Assembly (NCBI RefSeq): GCF_006345805.1
Contig: NW_021832566.1
Location: 1-61,188 of the forward strand
Direction of reading: 5' to 3'
Length of the DNA: 61,188 nt
Source: Octopus sinensis
Taxonomy: Eukaryota
The translations under genes were made by a program, and so were the position numbers. The notes beneath the pieces were generated by a model. That model saw only the letters and a list, made by a program, of their open reading frames with translations, made no database searches and had not been told where the DNA came from. Below, one piece after another: positions 27,171-39,879 of the stretch. How positions within the stretch are numbered: position 1 is the stretch's first letter; each line of letters starts with the position of its first letter.

Positions 27171-28286
27171 CTTATATATATATATGCATATGTATATATG
27201 CATATTTTGTATCTATGCAGAGAGATAGACAGAAAGATTCAAACGTTACGTAAAAGATAAAAGATAGTTACGTAAATCGATATAATTAGACATGCACAGA
27301 TGAGGGCGTACGAATGTATATTTTTACATACATTATAAACATGTAGCAGCGCGCAAACATATAGGCATATATCTACATGTACGTTCGTATGTATGTATGT
27401 ATGTATGTATGTATGTATGTATGTATGTATGTATGTATGTATGTATGTATGTATGTATGTATGTATGTATGTACGTATGTATACGTGTATATATATATAT
27501 ATAGAGAGAGACGTACACATACATATCAACTGCGCTGCGTTATGTCATCGAGTGAACGCTCCAGTAAGTGAACAGAGATACTGTGATATCATGCAGCTAT
27601 TAAGGTTAATTTACAGGACCATGTTGTCCTTAATGATATAGAAGTACCAGCTATATATCAGCTTTTATAGCCGCGCTATGTACAGCTATGAAGATTTTTT
27701 TTTTTACAGTCACACCTTCTGAATATGTATTATACATATTATACATACACACATGCAAACGCACACACTCAAACACATACAAACACACACACACACACAT
27801 GTATATATGAATATATATGTGTATAGGAATATACACACGCATACATATATGTGTGTGTGTGCGTGTGTATATGTATGTATATTTATACATATGTGTGTCC
27901 ATGTGTGATATTTATAAATAAGATCTATTGCAATCCAAGGAATAAAGCGTTAAGAGAGGTGCTGTATGTAATTACGTTATATTTGTATATGTGTGTATAT
28001 ATATATGTATATATATATATACGCATATATATACATACACACATACATCCATATATATATATACATGCATACATACATAACGTATACACAAACACACATA
28101 TATATACATACCTATATGCATACACACACACACACACAATATATATATATATTATATATATATGCATACGTCTGTATGTCACTGTGTATATATTATATAT
28201 ATATTAATATACAGTTGCAGATATTCATATATACATACATACATACATACAATACATACTACATATACATACATTCATACACACAC

Positions 28287-28346
<60 letters not shown>

Positions 28347-28869
28347 GCCTTGTGTATCTACACACCCTTGGTTTTTTTATCTTATACATATACACAGAAA
28401 CAACAAATCTACCATCGCAAACGATGTTTTTGACTCGTAAATTGTTCGTTTTTCTCTTTCATGCCCTTCTCCAATTCTTCTGTTGTATTCCCTTTCTTTC
28501 TTATTCTTCACGTATTTACCACAAGCCCTGGTTTTACTGATTCTTGCTTTCGTTTTCCTTTCCTTTCCATTCCTTGAGATCGTACATTGACATCTTGTCT
28601 CAATCTTTGCCATCTTTCTAAAGTTCGAAGTTGACCAGTTTCCCACTCACCTAGATATGCTTCTGTTTGACTTAAAATTATCTCTCGTACATTTGAAATG
28701 TCGTCTCTTCTCTGCGTTTTTGTTTCATTTGTTGTCAGTCTTTTAGTTTTCTTTACCTTTTGTACTTTCCGATATTTTACGGTTTATAAATGTGTACGTA
28801 TATAAACAGGATGTTCGGGCAACAACTGACGAATTTTTATGCTTCCTTTCTCAGGAACAGCTTGATAGG

Positions 28870-29035
28870 CTCAGGCGTGGCTGTGTGGTAAGAAGGTTAC
28901 TTCCCAACCACATGGTTCCGGGTTCAGTCCCACTGCACTCCATTACGTCCTACTGGGTAAGTGTCTTCTACTATAGCTTCAGGCCGACCAAAGCCCTGTG
29001 AGTGGATTGGTTAGACGCAAACTGAAAGAAGCCCG

Positions 29036-29040
<5 letters not shown>
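28870..29040 (+). mobile_element. Family Z SINE, 5' half
   Basis: Matches 2535-2700. Confidence 0.85.
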
Positions 29041-29072
<32 letters not shown>

Positions 29073-29199
29073 TATATATATATATATGATATATCATCAT
29101 CACCATTGTTCGACCGTGATCGAGACAATGGAATTTACTATGTTACGCCAGACTTCACGGTCCATCATAGCATTACGGAGGTCCTGTTGCTGGATGCCT

Positions 29200-29323
29200 G
29201 TATCCCTGGAGATTACATATATATATTTCTGAAACTTCAGATTTTTAAATATGTTAGACCACTGGTTTCAAATTGATATTAATCAAATTAATATTCAATT
29301 TTTCACCCTTATTATTTTAAATT

Positions 29324-29330
<7 letters not shown>
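29200..29330 (+). mobile_element. Internal fragment of the Helitron-like family at 5500-7111
   Basis: CCACTGGTTT...ATATTAATCAAATTAATATTCAATTT...CCCTTATTATTTTAAATTT is shared with 6015-6080. Confidence 0.6.
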
Positions 29331-29407
<77 letters not shown>

Positions 29408-29409
<2 letters not shown>

Positions 29410-30328
29410 CTAATCAAGCTAATTAAGCTAATCAAGTTCTTTATTCAACAAACTAAGTAGCATAGACGTCAAATTTGGGCGAAATCCGTTAAAACTAGTT
29501 ATATTACATATAAAAACTTAGATAAAACTTAGATATGTTTCGACCAGAGATTGGTCCAGGCCATGTCTAACTTAATAGCACCACCTGATAGGATTATTCG
29601 AATCCTGTTTAAGTCAAGTTTTGTTCAAGTAGTGAGTTCTTGTTGGGTGAGTTGTATCCAGTTTTGTTCAAGTAGTGACTTCTTGTTGGGTGAGTTGTAT
29701 CCATTATGGGTGGCTTGTCTGGTATTCTTTGAAGGAATCTATCCAGACTCTGTTTGAAGTTGATGGGATCCTTTTCCTCTTTGATCTCCCTCGGGACAAT
29801 GTTAAATAGGGCAGGGCCTGTTGAGGAAAAGATTATGTTGCAGTGTACATGTATGTTGTGATCTTGAATTTGGCAGGGGACGTATAGCCCGTGGTCCAAG
29901 TCTCGGATGAACCTTGAAGCTAATGTTTAGGTCGTTTGGGCAAAGTTGGCGGTATATTTTCCACATCGTACAAATGATGTACCGCTCACGGCGACGCTGG
30001 AGGAGTAAAGTTTCAAGGCTTTAAGGCGATCCCAATAGTCGAGAGCAGCCATGCCTTCAATTTGTTTAGTGAGAGCCCTCTGGGGTGACTCAATTCTGGA
30101 GATGTTTTGTCTTGTGTGAGGAGACCACAGTGGGCAGCAGTATTCAAGGTGTGGCCGTACAAAGGATGAAAAAAGTGGTATGATGACACCTTGTTCTCTG
30201 GACCGGAAAGTTCTTAAGATCCAGGAACTCATCCTACGAGCTGTATCGACCTTCTTGTTGATGTGTGCACTCCAACTGAGATCGTCATCAATAATTACAC
30301 CTAGGTCTCTGATATTGTTAGAGGCTGT
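29408..30328 (-). pseudogene. 5'-truncated CR1/L2-like LINE (post-RT C-terminus and 3' UTR)
   Basis: IRDLGVIIDDDLSWSAHI, VRPHLEYCCPLWSPH, LKALKLYS(L)QRRRERY and FKQSLDRFL motifs. Short tandem (TTGATTAGC)-like 3' tail. Confidence 0.9.
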
Positions 30329-30584
30329 GAATATATATAATATAATATAATATAAAATATATATGGGCAACAGACACGAACACACATACACACACGTACG
30401 TACGTACACCTATTGCATGTTTTGTGCACGCATACATGTTCATAAACAGAAATGAATGGAAAAAATGTTAAATTTGTAGATTAACACTCGCACGATTATC
30501 ACTAAAGTATATATACTATGATTAAAAAATATAGTGTCTTTCAAAAACAAAAAACAAAACATTTTACGTTTTATTTTTTACTCT

Positions 30585-30790
30585 CTCTCTCCCTCTCCCA
30601 CTTTGTCTTTCCCGTGAAACTCTCTGCCTCCTTCTTCCACTTTTCTTTATCTTATTGTTTTTTGTTAGACGCTAGCAAGAACGTTGTCATTTAATCTGTC
30701 TCTTTCTCTCTCTCACTTTGTCTTTCCCATGAAACCCTCTGCCTCCTTCTTCCACTTTTCTTTATCTTATTTTTTTTTTTGTTAGACGTC
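30585..30790. repeat. ~125-bp tandem duplication
   Basis: CACTTTGTCTTTCCC.TGAAAC.CTCTGCCTCCTTCTTCCACTTTTC occurs twice. Confidence 0.85.
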
Positions 30791-31704
30791 ATCAAAAAAG
30801 CCAAGGCTAATATTTTTCGTGGCTAAAAGCTATATTTGAAAATAGATATTTACGCTACCCACGGGTGCCTCGGGGAAAAAAATAAGTTGACAAAACCCAG
30901 ATAGGGTGTTGAAAAATGTCCTCCTAAAATTGGAGCGACATACGTGCTAATTTGTGGACGTGCATAAATTACAATTACGTACACACACGCACACACATCC
31001 TCCCTTTTATAGATATAATAATTAGAAATATAATTATATTGAAATAGACGCCGAATGGCTCTAAAATCTATATCTATACTCTTGTTTGGATTTATACGCA
31101 CCTTAATATAATTATATTAGATAATTATAAATTAGCATAAATTGTTACCTATAAGGTTGCTATTTCACGCTGGCTACTTGATAAAATCATTAAAGCGGTT
31201 TTATCCTTAATTTTGAATAAAATATTTTTTTTTGCTCCTGATCAAGTTGTATTCGTTGCGAGATTATTTTGATAATAAAAGCACGTGGTTGAGATGAGAA
31301 AAAATTAGATTTTTACTAGTGTATACATGTAAATGTATGTATATAATCGTGCGTATATGTTGTCCGTATGGCTATGTATAAATATTTTCATCTGTATACT
31401 TTGGCATATTGTATTGAAAACAGCAAAGTGCTTTACAAACCCTAAGCCAGATATCGATCTGCAATTAACTATCTGCTTTCAAAAATATCTTTTTTTTAAA
31501 TCTGCCCGCTTATAACCTGTGCTAACAGAGGATATATGTGGTTTTTAGAGCCATTTAGAGTCTATTTAGAGTCTATTTCAAGCGTGTTGGTGGGGGTTTA
31601 TCCTTGCCCTTAATATAATTATATTACATAATTATCAATTAGTATGTACACACACGCACAAGCACATATATATTTACATCTGTATGCATATATCTATGTA
31701 TGTG

Positions 31705-31880
31705 TGTCTGTTCACCACCATCGTTTGACAGCTGGTGCCAAGCGGTTCGGCGGAAAGAGATCGATAAAATAAGTACCAGGCTTAAGAAAAGTTTGGGGTC
31801 GATTTGTTTGACTAAAATCTTTCAAGGCGGTGCCCCAGCATGGTCGCAGCCAAATGATTGAAACAAGCAAAAGAATAAAA
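31705..31880 (+). mobile_element. Family Z SINE, 3' half
   Basis: AGCGGTTCGG...GATCGATAAAATAAGTACCAGGC...CAGCATGGTCGCAG. Confidence 0.8.
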
Positions 31881-31941
31881 TAATATATTCGAGAACTAAC
31901 AGCAGCATTGAAGAGCATAAAGAAGAACATGAATAACATAA

Positions 31942-32228
31942 ACATTATTTACATTATTTACATTAGATGGATATTTGTCCTCATCGTGTTTGTTGTCAAC
32001 ACAACGTTTCGGCTGATATACTCTCCAGCCTTCATCAGGTGTCTTGGGGAAATTTTGAACCTGGGTTCTCATTTTCGATGTTATTTTTATTGTTCAAAAT
32101 TTTCAAAAGTTCGAAATTTCCCCAAGACACCTGAAGACGGCTGGAGGGTGTATCAGCCAAAACGTTGTGTTAACAGCAAACAAGATGAGGACAAATGTCC
32201 GTCGAATGTAAATAATGTAAATAATGTA
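31942..32228. mobile_element. Palindromic Penelope-like element (~120-bp arms) with one minimal hammerhead motif per arm
   Basis: Left arm, minus strand, 31999-32042: ACAC-CTGATGA-A-GGCTG/CAGCC-GAAACGTT-GTGT. The right arm (32127-32170) has GAAA mutated to AAAA. Confidence 0.8.
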
Positions 32229-32269
32229 TATATTTCCTCATTTCTTAAATACAGAACTGAATGAATAGC

Positions 32270-32880
32270 ATAAAGTTGTAGCTGAGAAGAAGCTGATATG
32301 GAGAACGTCATGACTGCTACTCAGTCCTCCGTGAACACTATAAAAACTGTAAGGCGTGACATGGATAGCTGCAACGAAGTCTACAAAGCCGTAGGCAACG
32401 GGAAGATATACATACCGAAGTTCACCCTAAACACTTTGAACAGAGCCTTAGAGTTAATTCAGACGACTGTGTGAAGTTGTTGAAGACGGTGGCCAACCCA
32501 GGCCTAGGAGGGTTACGTCTGAAAGGCCATCTGTGTGGCAGCAGGTTCCGGGTTCCTTGCTACAATTCCAGAAAGAGTCGGAAGCGGTTGTCGGAGAAAA
32601 TTTCTACGACTTGACCAGCCCTAATTTCTGACCTGCTAATTTTCCAGGTTGTAATTCAAAAGATTACTATGTATTGTTGAGAAAGACACCAACCGCTCTT
32701 CTTGCAACACCAAGCGCGAACGGGCGGCCATGATGAAGGAAGTATTTTGAAGATTTCCCCAGGACACAATGAAGAACACGTGCTCCGGCTTCTGCAGCCG
32801 TCTTGCGGCCGTGGTAGAAACTAAGGCCAGGGACTTTTAGTAAACTATCATTCCTTTTACGATGCCTATCAAATTTTTTG
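32270..32880 (+). pseudogene. Internally deleted Tc1/mariner (maT/DD37D-like) transposase remnant
   Basis: Across frameshifts: WQQ...SENFYDLTSPNF*PANFPGCNSKDYY and EKDTNRSSCNTK...RLAAVVETK. Confidence 0.75.
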
Positions 32881-32894
32881 TGTGTGTGTATTTA

Positions 32895-32997
<103 letters not shown>

Positions 32998-33107
32998 ATG
33001 CATGTATATATAAATCTTTATATATATATATTATATATGTATGTATGTATATATGTGTGTATATATATATGTGTGTGTGTATATGTATATATATATATAT
33101 ATATAAT

Positions 33108-33143
<36 letters not shown>

Positions 33144-33159
33144 CATACACATATATTCT

Positions 33160-33470
33160 TTTACTTGTTTCAGTCATTTGACTGCGGCCACACTGGAGCA
33201 CACTGCCTTTAGTCGAACAAATTGACCCTAAGACTTATTCTTTGTAAACCTAGTACTCGTTCTATTGGTCCCTTTTGCCGAACCGCTAATACGGGGATGT
33301 AAACACACCAACATCGGTTGTGAAGCGATGGTGGGGGAACTAACACAGATACACAAATACATACATGAATACACACACACACACACATATACACGACATG
33401 TTTCTTTCTGTTTCCGTCTACCAAATCCACAGAAGACTTTGTCGCCCCGGGGCTACAGTAGAAGATATAT
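33160..33470 (-). mobile_element. Family Z SINE lacking the tRNA head
   Basis: Reverse complement of ~2640-2935. Confidence 0.85.
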
Positions 33471-33564
33471 ATATATTATATATAATATATATATATATAT
33501 ATATAATATATATATATTATATATATAATATATATATATTATATATATATATACATATATATAG

Positions 33565-33608
<44 letters not shown>

Positions 33609-34237
33609 CCTATTTTTGCGAGTTTAATGGACTGGACCAATCTGAAATGTCTTGCTCAAGAAGACAACTTGCCACCGGAAATCGTACTCACGAACTTACT
33701 ATCTTGAACAGAATACTTAACCACTAACCTGTACGCAAGCACGCACACACATACACACACACACACACTGGAAGTGTAATTCCTGCATCATTTCACTATA
33801 AGGTCATGTTGTAGAGAAATGTCTGACAGCAGGATACAGTCCTCAGGCGACAGTTACAGTTTACATGTAATATAAATATATCCCCGTGTTATGATTACCA
33901 CATTTAATACGATTATCATAGTTTTCAAGATTTCACCGACGCTGCAATCAAAACGTTATTTGTTTTGTTTGTTGTATCGTGAATCGACAATGATGATGCC
34001 TCTCACCCTATACTGATGTATGGACCATCTGTTAGCTGTCAGCTTAATTATTCGGCTAACAATATCCATCTGTGACATTACAATAGTAACTTAAGCAGAG
34101 AAGACAGACTTACATAATTTGTTACGAGCTATGAGTTGTTGAATATGACAAACAATGCGGTAACTGAGCAATTGAATGATGGCAGAGACTACCTCCAGCC
34201 GATAAAAATGACACATGAATAGAGAAAATGGAAGGCA

Positions 34238-34464
34238 TTACTCTTTTGACACCAACCCGTCTGTGACCACCTCTTGTTCTCTAATACAAACTTACAGTTT
34301 TAAAGTGAACTAAATTGAAATTTTTAATCAAAATTTTATGTTAATTTGTTCTAAACATCAGCTTAAATAATGAGAAAATTTTTTTTACTAAATTCTTCAT
34401 TATTGTAAAAATCAATTGAAAGAAAGATAGTGGATTTTAACAGAAATATGGTAACAAAAGGGTT
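34238..34464. mobile_element. piggyBac-like MITE (degenerate)
   Basis: Terminal inverted matches TTACTCTTTTGACACC and GGTAACAAAAGGGTT resemble TTAA-CCC...GGG-TTAA ends. Confidence 0.5.
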
Positions 34465-34519
34465 TGAAAGAAAAATGAGAATGTAAAATATAAAAAAGGA
34501 GGGCTTCGTTATAAAGAAG

Positions 34520-35110
34520 CAAGATTCTTAGAAATGGAAGAATTCATAAAAATCTGGATGTCCAGATAAACGAAGAACGAAATACACGGCCACAACAAAG
34601 ATGATTAGATGCGAGGCAAAGAGATTAAAAGAACAGGGGAAATATACTAATAGATGAGTTTGTTGGCTTTTAAACTGGGTGCTATTGTTCCAAATGCATG
34701 AGGGTAATGAACAAGATTTCACAGTTGATAACTGAAGAATAAATTAAAATCTTGGAATTTCACATTGGAGATTCAACCAAGACATCGAGAACATGGAGTC
34801 TAGGCATCAAGGCAGGTGGAACACCAGCATGTTACTGTCTACTGCAGGTCATGATGCAATTTATTAAAGTTCATTCCTCGAAAAGCTGAAACTCCAGTTT
34901 GATAGAAATATCTATTCTAAGATGTGTAATTAAACATTTTGTGCAATATATTTGTTAAACAATAAAAAGTACTATTTGGTTTGTGTTAGTTTCTTATTTC
35001 AGTATTGCATTTAATGACAAATTGACGATTTTTGGTAAAATTCCTTTTTAACAAAAAAAAAAAAAAAAATGACCCGATAGAGAATTTCTGAGGGCATTTC
35101 TGAACCCAGT
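34520..35110 (+). pseudogene. Chapaev3-like (CMC) transposase C-terminal remnant and right end
   Basis: ENLG...RFNQDIENMESRHQGRWNTSML resembles the HGERFHQDI..ME.RYQG.W...ML motif of Chapaev3 transposases. Confidence 0.55.
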
Positions 35111-35118
35111 ACCATCAA

Positions 35119-35386
35119 CATAAAATAAAATTAAAAAATGCGCCCTTTTAAAACCTAGCTCGGCTCATGGGCCCGGTTTCCCGGTTTCAATGGTGTATAT
35201 GTTCCCCAGCTGGACGGGACGCCAGTCCATCGCAGCGTTACTCATTTTTGCCAGCTGAGTGGACTGGAGCAACGTGAAATGAAGTGTTTTGCTCAAGAAC
35301 ACAACGCGTCGCTCGGTCCAGGAATAAAAACCACAATCTTACAATCATGATGCTGACACCCTAACCACTAAGCCACGCGCCTCCAC
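35119..35386 (-). mobile_element. SINE (head/core Y, tail C)
   Basis: Core Y joined to the tail seen at 24500-24590. Possible 8-bp TSD ACCATCAA. Confidence 0.8.
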
Positions 35387-36317
35387 ACCATCAAATTATG
35401 TAGGACTAATTGTAAAAAGCAAGGTAACCAAAAATCTTTTCAAAAATGTTCCTCAGTGTTATGTACGTATAGCTATACGACATACGTATGTGTAGCTTAC
35501 ATGATTAAAACACACCCAGAACCGTACATTCAATGATATTCAGGTTCAGTTCTATGATCTCCATACTAAAGGCAGCGATCCCGGAACTGAGATATATGTT
35601 AATTACACGCGTATTATAGTTATATTATCAGACTGGAGTTCCAGCAAGGACTGCACCTGGTTTTCAGTCCTCATCCTACAATATGACTTTAGATTGACAT
35701 GACGCAGGAGGATTCAGGATGGGAGTACAATGATAAAAAAGTGCTTCTTACGAGTCGGAAATTGTACTATATATTTCTCTATGTGTGTGTGTGTGTGTGT
35801 GGTGTGTGTGTGTGTGTGTGTGTGTGTGTATTTGTGTGTGTTGAAGGTTGAAAAGGAACACACGAGTTGATATGTATAAGGAAATTCTGACAAAGTAGAA
35901 AATAGTAAAATAATTTTATCATGGAGAACATTTTAGTACCGGTTACAGCCTTTGTAACTTTTTCAACTTAGAGTAAAGCATGAAAAACAATCAAATTGTG
36001 GAAAAGTGAAATGAAATGTTTTTTAAAAAATATTTCCATAGTTTTTAAATGCAAGGGAAATTTTCCTTTTTCCTGTCTGTCTGTTTCTCTTTTTTACTCC
36101 TGTGAAGGCTTCGTAACAGGTAGTAGGCGCGGGAGAGTCACCACTGAGCATTAAAATGCGTTACGCGTCAAAATACGAAATCATCGATGATCTGGCTATA
36201 TCTACGTAGGGAGCTTGTCTCCGTTGTAGGTTCATTAAGATGGTGCTTATGTGGTTGTTGAGTTATTTTGACTCTTATTTCTAGAGATATTGGTTCTGAT
36301 TAGCACCCTCAAGTGGC

Positions 36318-36388
<71 letters not shown>

Positions 36389-36410
36389 ATTATATATATA
36401 TATTATATAT

Positions 36411-36783
36411 ATATTATATAAAATTCGTTCTCTCTGTCTGTGTGTCTTCTAGGATCTCGTGCATCCTCCATCCGATTGCGCTCAATTTTGATATGTAGAT
36501 ACCGACGGTATCAGGGCGTGTATAAGTCTTGAAAAAATTACAAAAATAGATTCCAGGTGAGAATGCGATCGATAAAGCCGTGGGAACGTGCATTTGTAAA
36601 ATCGTTTTTCTTGGAATATCTTTATTTCTATCTTTATTTCTTCTTTTGCTAGTGTCTCAAATTTATATTAAATCAGTGTTTCTCAAAGGCCTATGGAACG
36701 GTCGGACAAGTTGTTTTGAGAAAATCTGGTTTAAATGTTTGACAACTCAGCAACGACCAATGGACGGGCGGCGTTTTGCTCGT
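36411..36783 (+). mobile_element. Second non-autonomous Helitron-like element
   Basis: TATATAAAATT start followed by CTGTCTGT. 3' end GGACGGGCGGCGTTTTGCTCGT resembles a GC-rich stem plus CTAGT. Confidence 0.45.
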
Positions 36784-36829
36784 ATGTATATATATAATAT
36801 ATTGTGTTTTTCTAGATATTTTGATTTAT

Positions 36830-37095
36830 TACATTTACTCCTGTCTTTTCCATCCAGTTTATGCTTATCGTATACGCGGCTCCTACAACAAGTCGTAAAA
36901 CGTACACCTTCTCTAGTGACATCAGTCTTTTTACCTCCCAAGTCAAATCATATCACATCTACTTCATTTCTCTTTCCTATACTCTCTTATCATCAAGGCA
37001 TGCCATGTCTATGTTCTAACCGGTTTTTTCTTTCATTGTTCACAACTACCACCATGTCCGGCTTTCGATATTCAATTTCACCATCCTGTTAAACC
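36830..37095 (-). pseudogene. R4/Dong restriction-like endonuclease fragment
   Basis: GAATATCGAAAGCCGGACATGGT (E.RKPDMVV) on the minus strand, homologous to 45180-45300. Confidence 0.6.
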
Positions 37096-38080
37096 ATTGT
37101 TTATCTTTATTGTGGTTGGTGGAGAGAACATGCTGATGTCATCCTACCGGGAATGGAATATGGGCAATACCATACATATATATATATATACTTACTGTAT
37201 GTATAAATGTCTGCATGTTATAAAATACAATGTATATTATATCACACAATATAATACTAAAAAAAAATGCTTGAATACCAACATACTTGAATACCAACAT
37301 ACCAACCTTTCACCTACGTACGTACATACGTACGTACGTACCTACTTACCTACCTACCTACATGATACATACATACATACATACATACATACATGCATAC
37401 ATACATACATACATGCATACATACATACATACATACATACATACATACATACATACATACATACATACATACATACATACATACATACATACACACAGAG
37501 CTACCAACTGACACTGAAGAGGTTTTGTTTCTGTTTTAGAAATAGTATCCATCGGTGAAAAAATTAACAAATAAAAGCCGAAAAATCATGCTAGACGAAC
37601 GTAACAACTTTGTTACGTTTTCTTGAGGCAAATATATGTTAAACGAATCTAGTGCAACACAATACAAAATAGTGAATTTATTCTGTACAAAATACTTAAA
37701 GGAAGAACTGTATCAACTGGAACAATTATAAGAGATTACCATGAAGCAAAGACGGCCAACAAGAATAGATTTTGCAGAAGGCATGAAAAAGAATTCAAGT
37801 GACCTTTGAATTTAGTTTGGGAGAAGAGAAAAATAACTCGAGAGTTCTCAGAATGTAGAAATTGTCTTAACAAGAAAATAATGCAACGATGTTTTTTTAT
37901 AGAGTTTATTATAGGAAGACAAAAGACGGAATATTTTCATGTATTAGTGAATTAGTGTGTTAGTATGTATGCATGTATGTATGTATGTATGTATGTATGT
38001 ATGTATGTATGTATGTATGTATGTATGTATGTATGTATGTATGAATGTATGTATGTATGTATGTGTGTCTACATATATAT

Positions 38081-38150
<70 letters not shown>

Positions 38151-38303
38151 TATATATAGAAAGGGAGACACGCACACATATATATATATGTATATCTATC
38201 TATCTGTCTATCTATACATACATACATGTATACATACAGACATAACTGCGTGTTTATATGTACGCACGTGGGCGTCTATGTATGTGTGTGTGTGTAAGGG
38301 AGT

Positions 38304-38343
<40 letters not shown>

Positions 38344-38585
38344 AATTCCAATGCAATCAGTGTAAAAGATATTACCTAAACAAAGGAAGAATTTGTTGTC
38401 ATAATAATAATAATCATAACAGCAACAACAATAATAATAATAATAATGACGATGATGAGGATGATGATGATGGTGATGATAATAATAATAACAACAACAA
38501 TAATGAGGATGATGATGATAATGATGATAATAACAATAACAACAACAACAACAACAACAGCAGCAACAACAGTAATAATAATAAT

Positions 38586-38760
38586 ATGCCCTCGTCTATC
38601 CATTTAAATGTCTGTTGTATTACATGAAGCAATTTCGCTACTGCCCCTGCCACTTATCCTACCCTAAGTTTCAGTCATACTGTAGCATCTCCTATCCTTC
38701 ACTCGCTCCAGGACTCGCTGGGTAGATCTTGGGAAGTGACTGTGATAAGTCAGATTAAAA
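38586..38760 (+). mobile_element. R4/Dong-type 3' UTR-only insertion
   Basis: Similar to the 3' UTR at 39410-39570. Flanked by (TAA)n and (TAG)n. Confidence 0.65.
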
Positions 38761-38762
38761 GT

Positions 38763-38857
<95 letters not shown>

Positions 38858-38860
<3 letters not shown>

Positions 38861-39572
38861 GATGACCTAAAAGGGTCACCCCTAGAAAAGAATACTGAAA
38901 GCGTAGTCATCGCGGCTCAGGCCCAGGCATTGAATACCAACTCAGTGAAAAAGAATATATACCACCCAAGTGCATCGGATCTCTGCAGAATCTGTGGGAA
39001 GAATGTCGAAAGTGTGACTTACATTGTTAGTGCTTGTGAAAGTCTTGCGCAGAATAAGTACAAGAGTAGACACGACAAAGTAGCCCAAAATCTCCACTGG
39101 CTACAATGCCGTAAGTATGGCTAATCGACCAGGCATAATCATTAAAGACAGGGAAGAAAATATGTGTATACTAATAGATGTAAGTGTTCCCACTGATAAA
39201 AATATATCTGTCAAGGAATATAAACGACCTGGAAACTGAAATACAAAAGATGTGGCATCCTAAAACGATAACTGTTCCTTTTATTGTAGGTGCTCTAGGT
39301 ATGATAAAAAGGGATGTCAGAAACATCCAGATAAGACCCCAGGAGAACCACGTTTCATTCAAGTCCAAAAGATTGTGCTGACAAGTATTGCCCACATCCT
39401 TTGAAAAACTCTATCCATTGAAATGTTTGTGTTGTATTACATGAAGATATTTCACTACATCCCCTCCCAAAGCTTTCAGTCATACTGTAACAACTTTTAT
39501 TTTTCACTCGCCCCAGGACACTGGGTGTGTCTCGACAAGAGACTGTAACAAACATGCAGATTAAAAAGAAAA
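38858..39572 (+). pseudogene. 5'-truncated R4/Dong element (CCHC finger, RLE, 3' UTR)
   Basis: CRICGKNVESVTYIVSAC, NRPGIII..IDVSVP and VPFIVGALG motifs. Confidence 0.85.
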
Positions 39573-39621
39573 TACTACTACTACTACTACTACTATGCTC
39601 TCTCATTCAATGATAATAATA

Positions 39622-39804
39622 TTCGGGGGAAGGCGTAAGTCAATTACATCGACCTCTGTGATCACTTACTAGTTATTTTTATCGACCCCGAAAGGGTGAA
39701 AAGCAAAGTCGTCTTGGGCGGAATTTGAACTCGGAACATGAAGACGGACGATACACCGGTAAACATTTCGCTCGGAGTGCTAATGATTCTGCCAGCTCGC
39801 CGCC

Positions 39805-39806
<2 letters not shown>
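39622..39806 (-). mobile_element. Nin-domain-like tRNA SINE
   Basis: Same core as 24105-24300. Confidence 0.85.
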
Positions 39807-39855
<49 letters not shown>

Positions 39856-39879
39856 TAATAATAATATATAATAAATAAT

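Noticed and set aside
28400-28790. Pyrimidine-rich segment resembling a Penelope-like terminal region
   Set aside because: I found no hammerhead core, second copy or coding motif to support it.
37560-37930. Possible Tc1-like transposase N-terminal remnant
   Set aside because: The resemblance is vague, with no catalytic motif or TIR.
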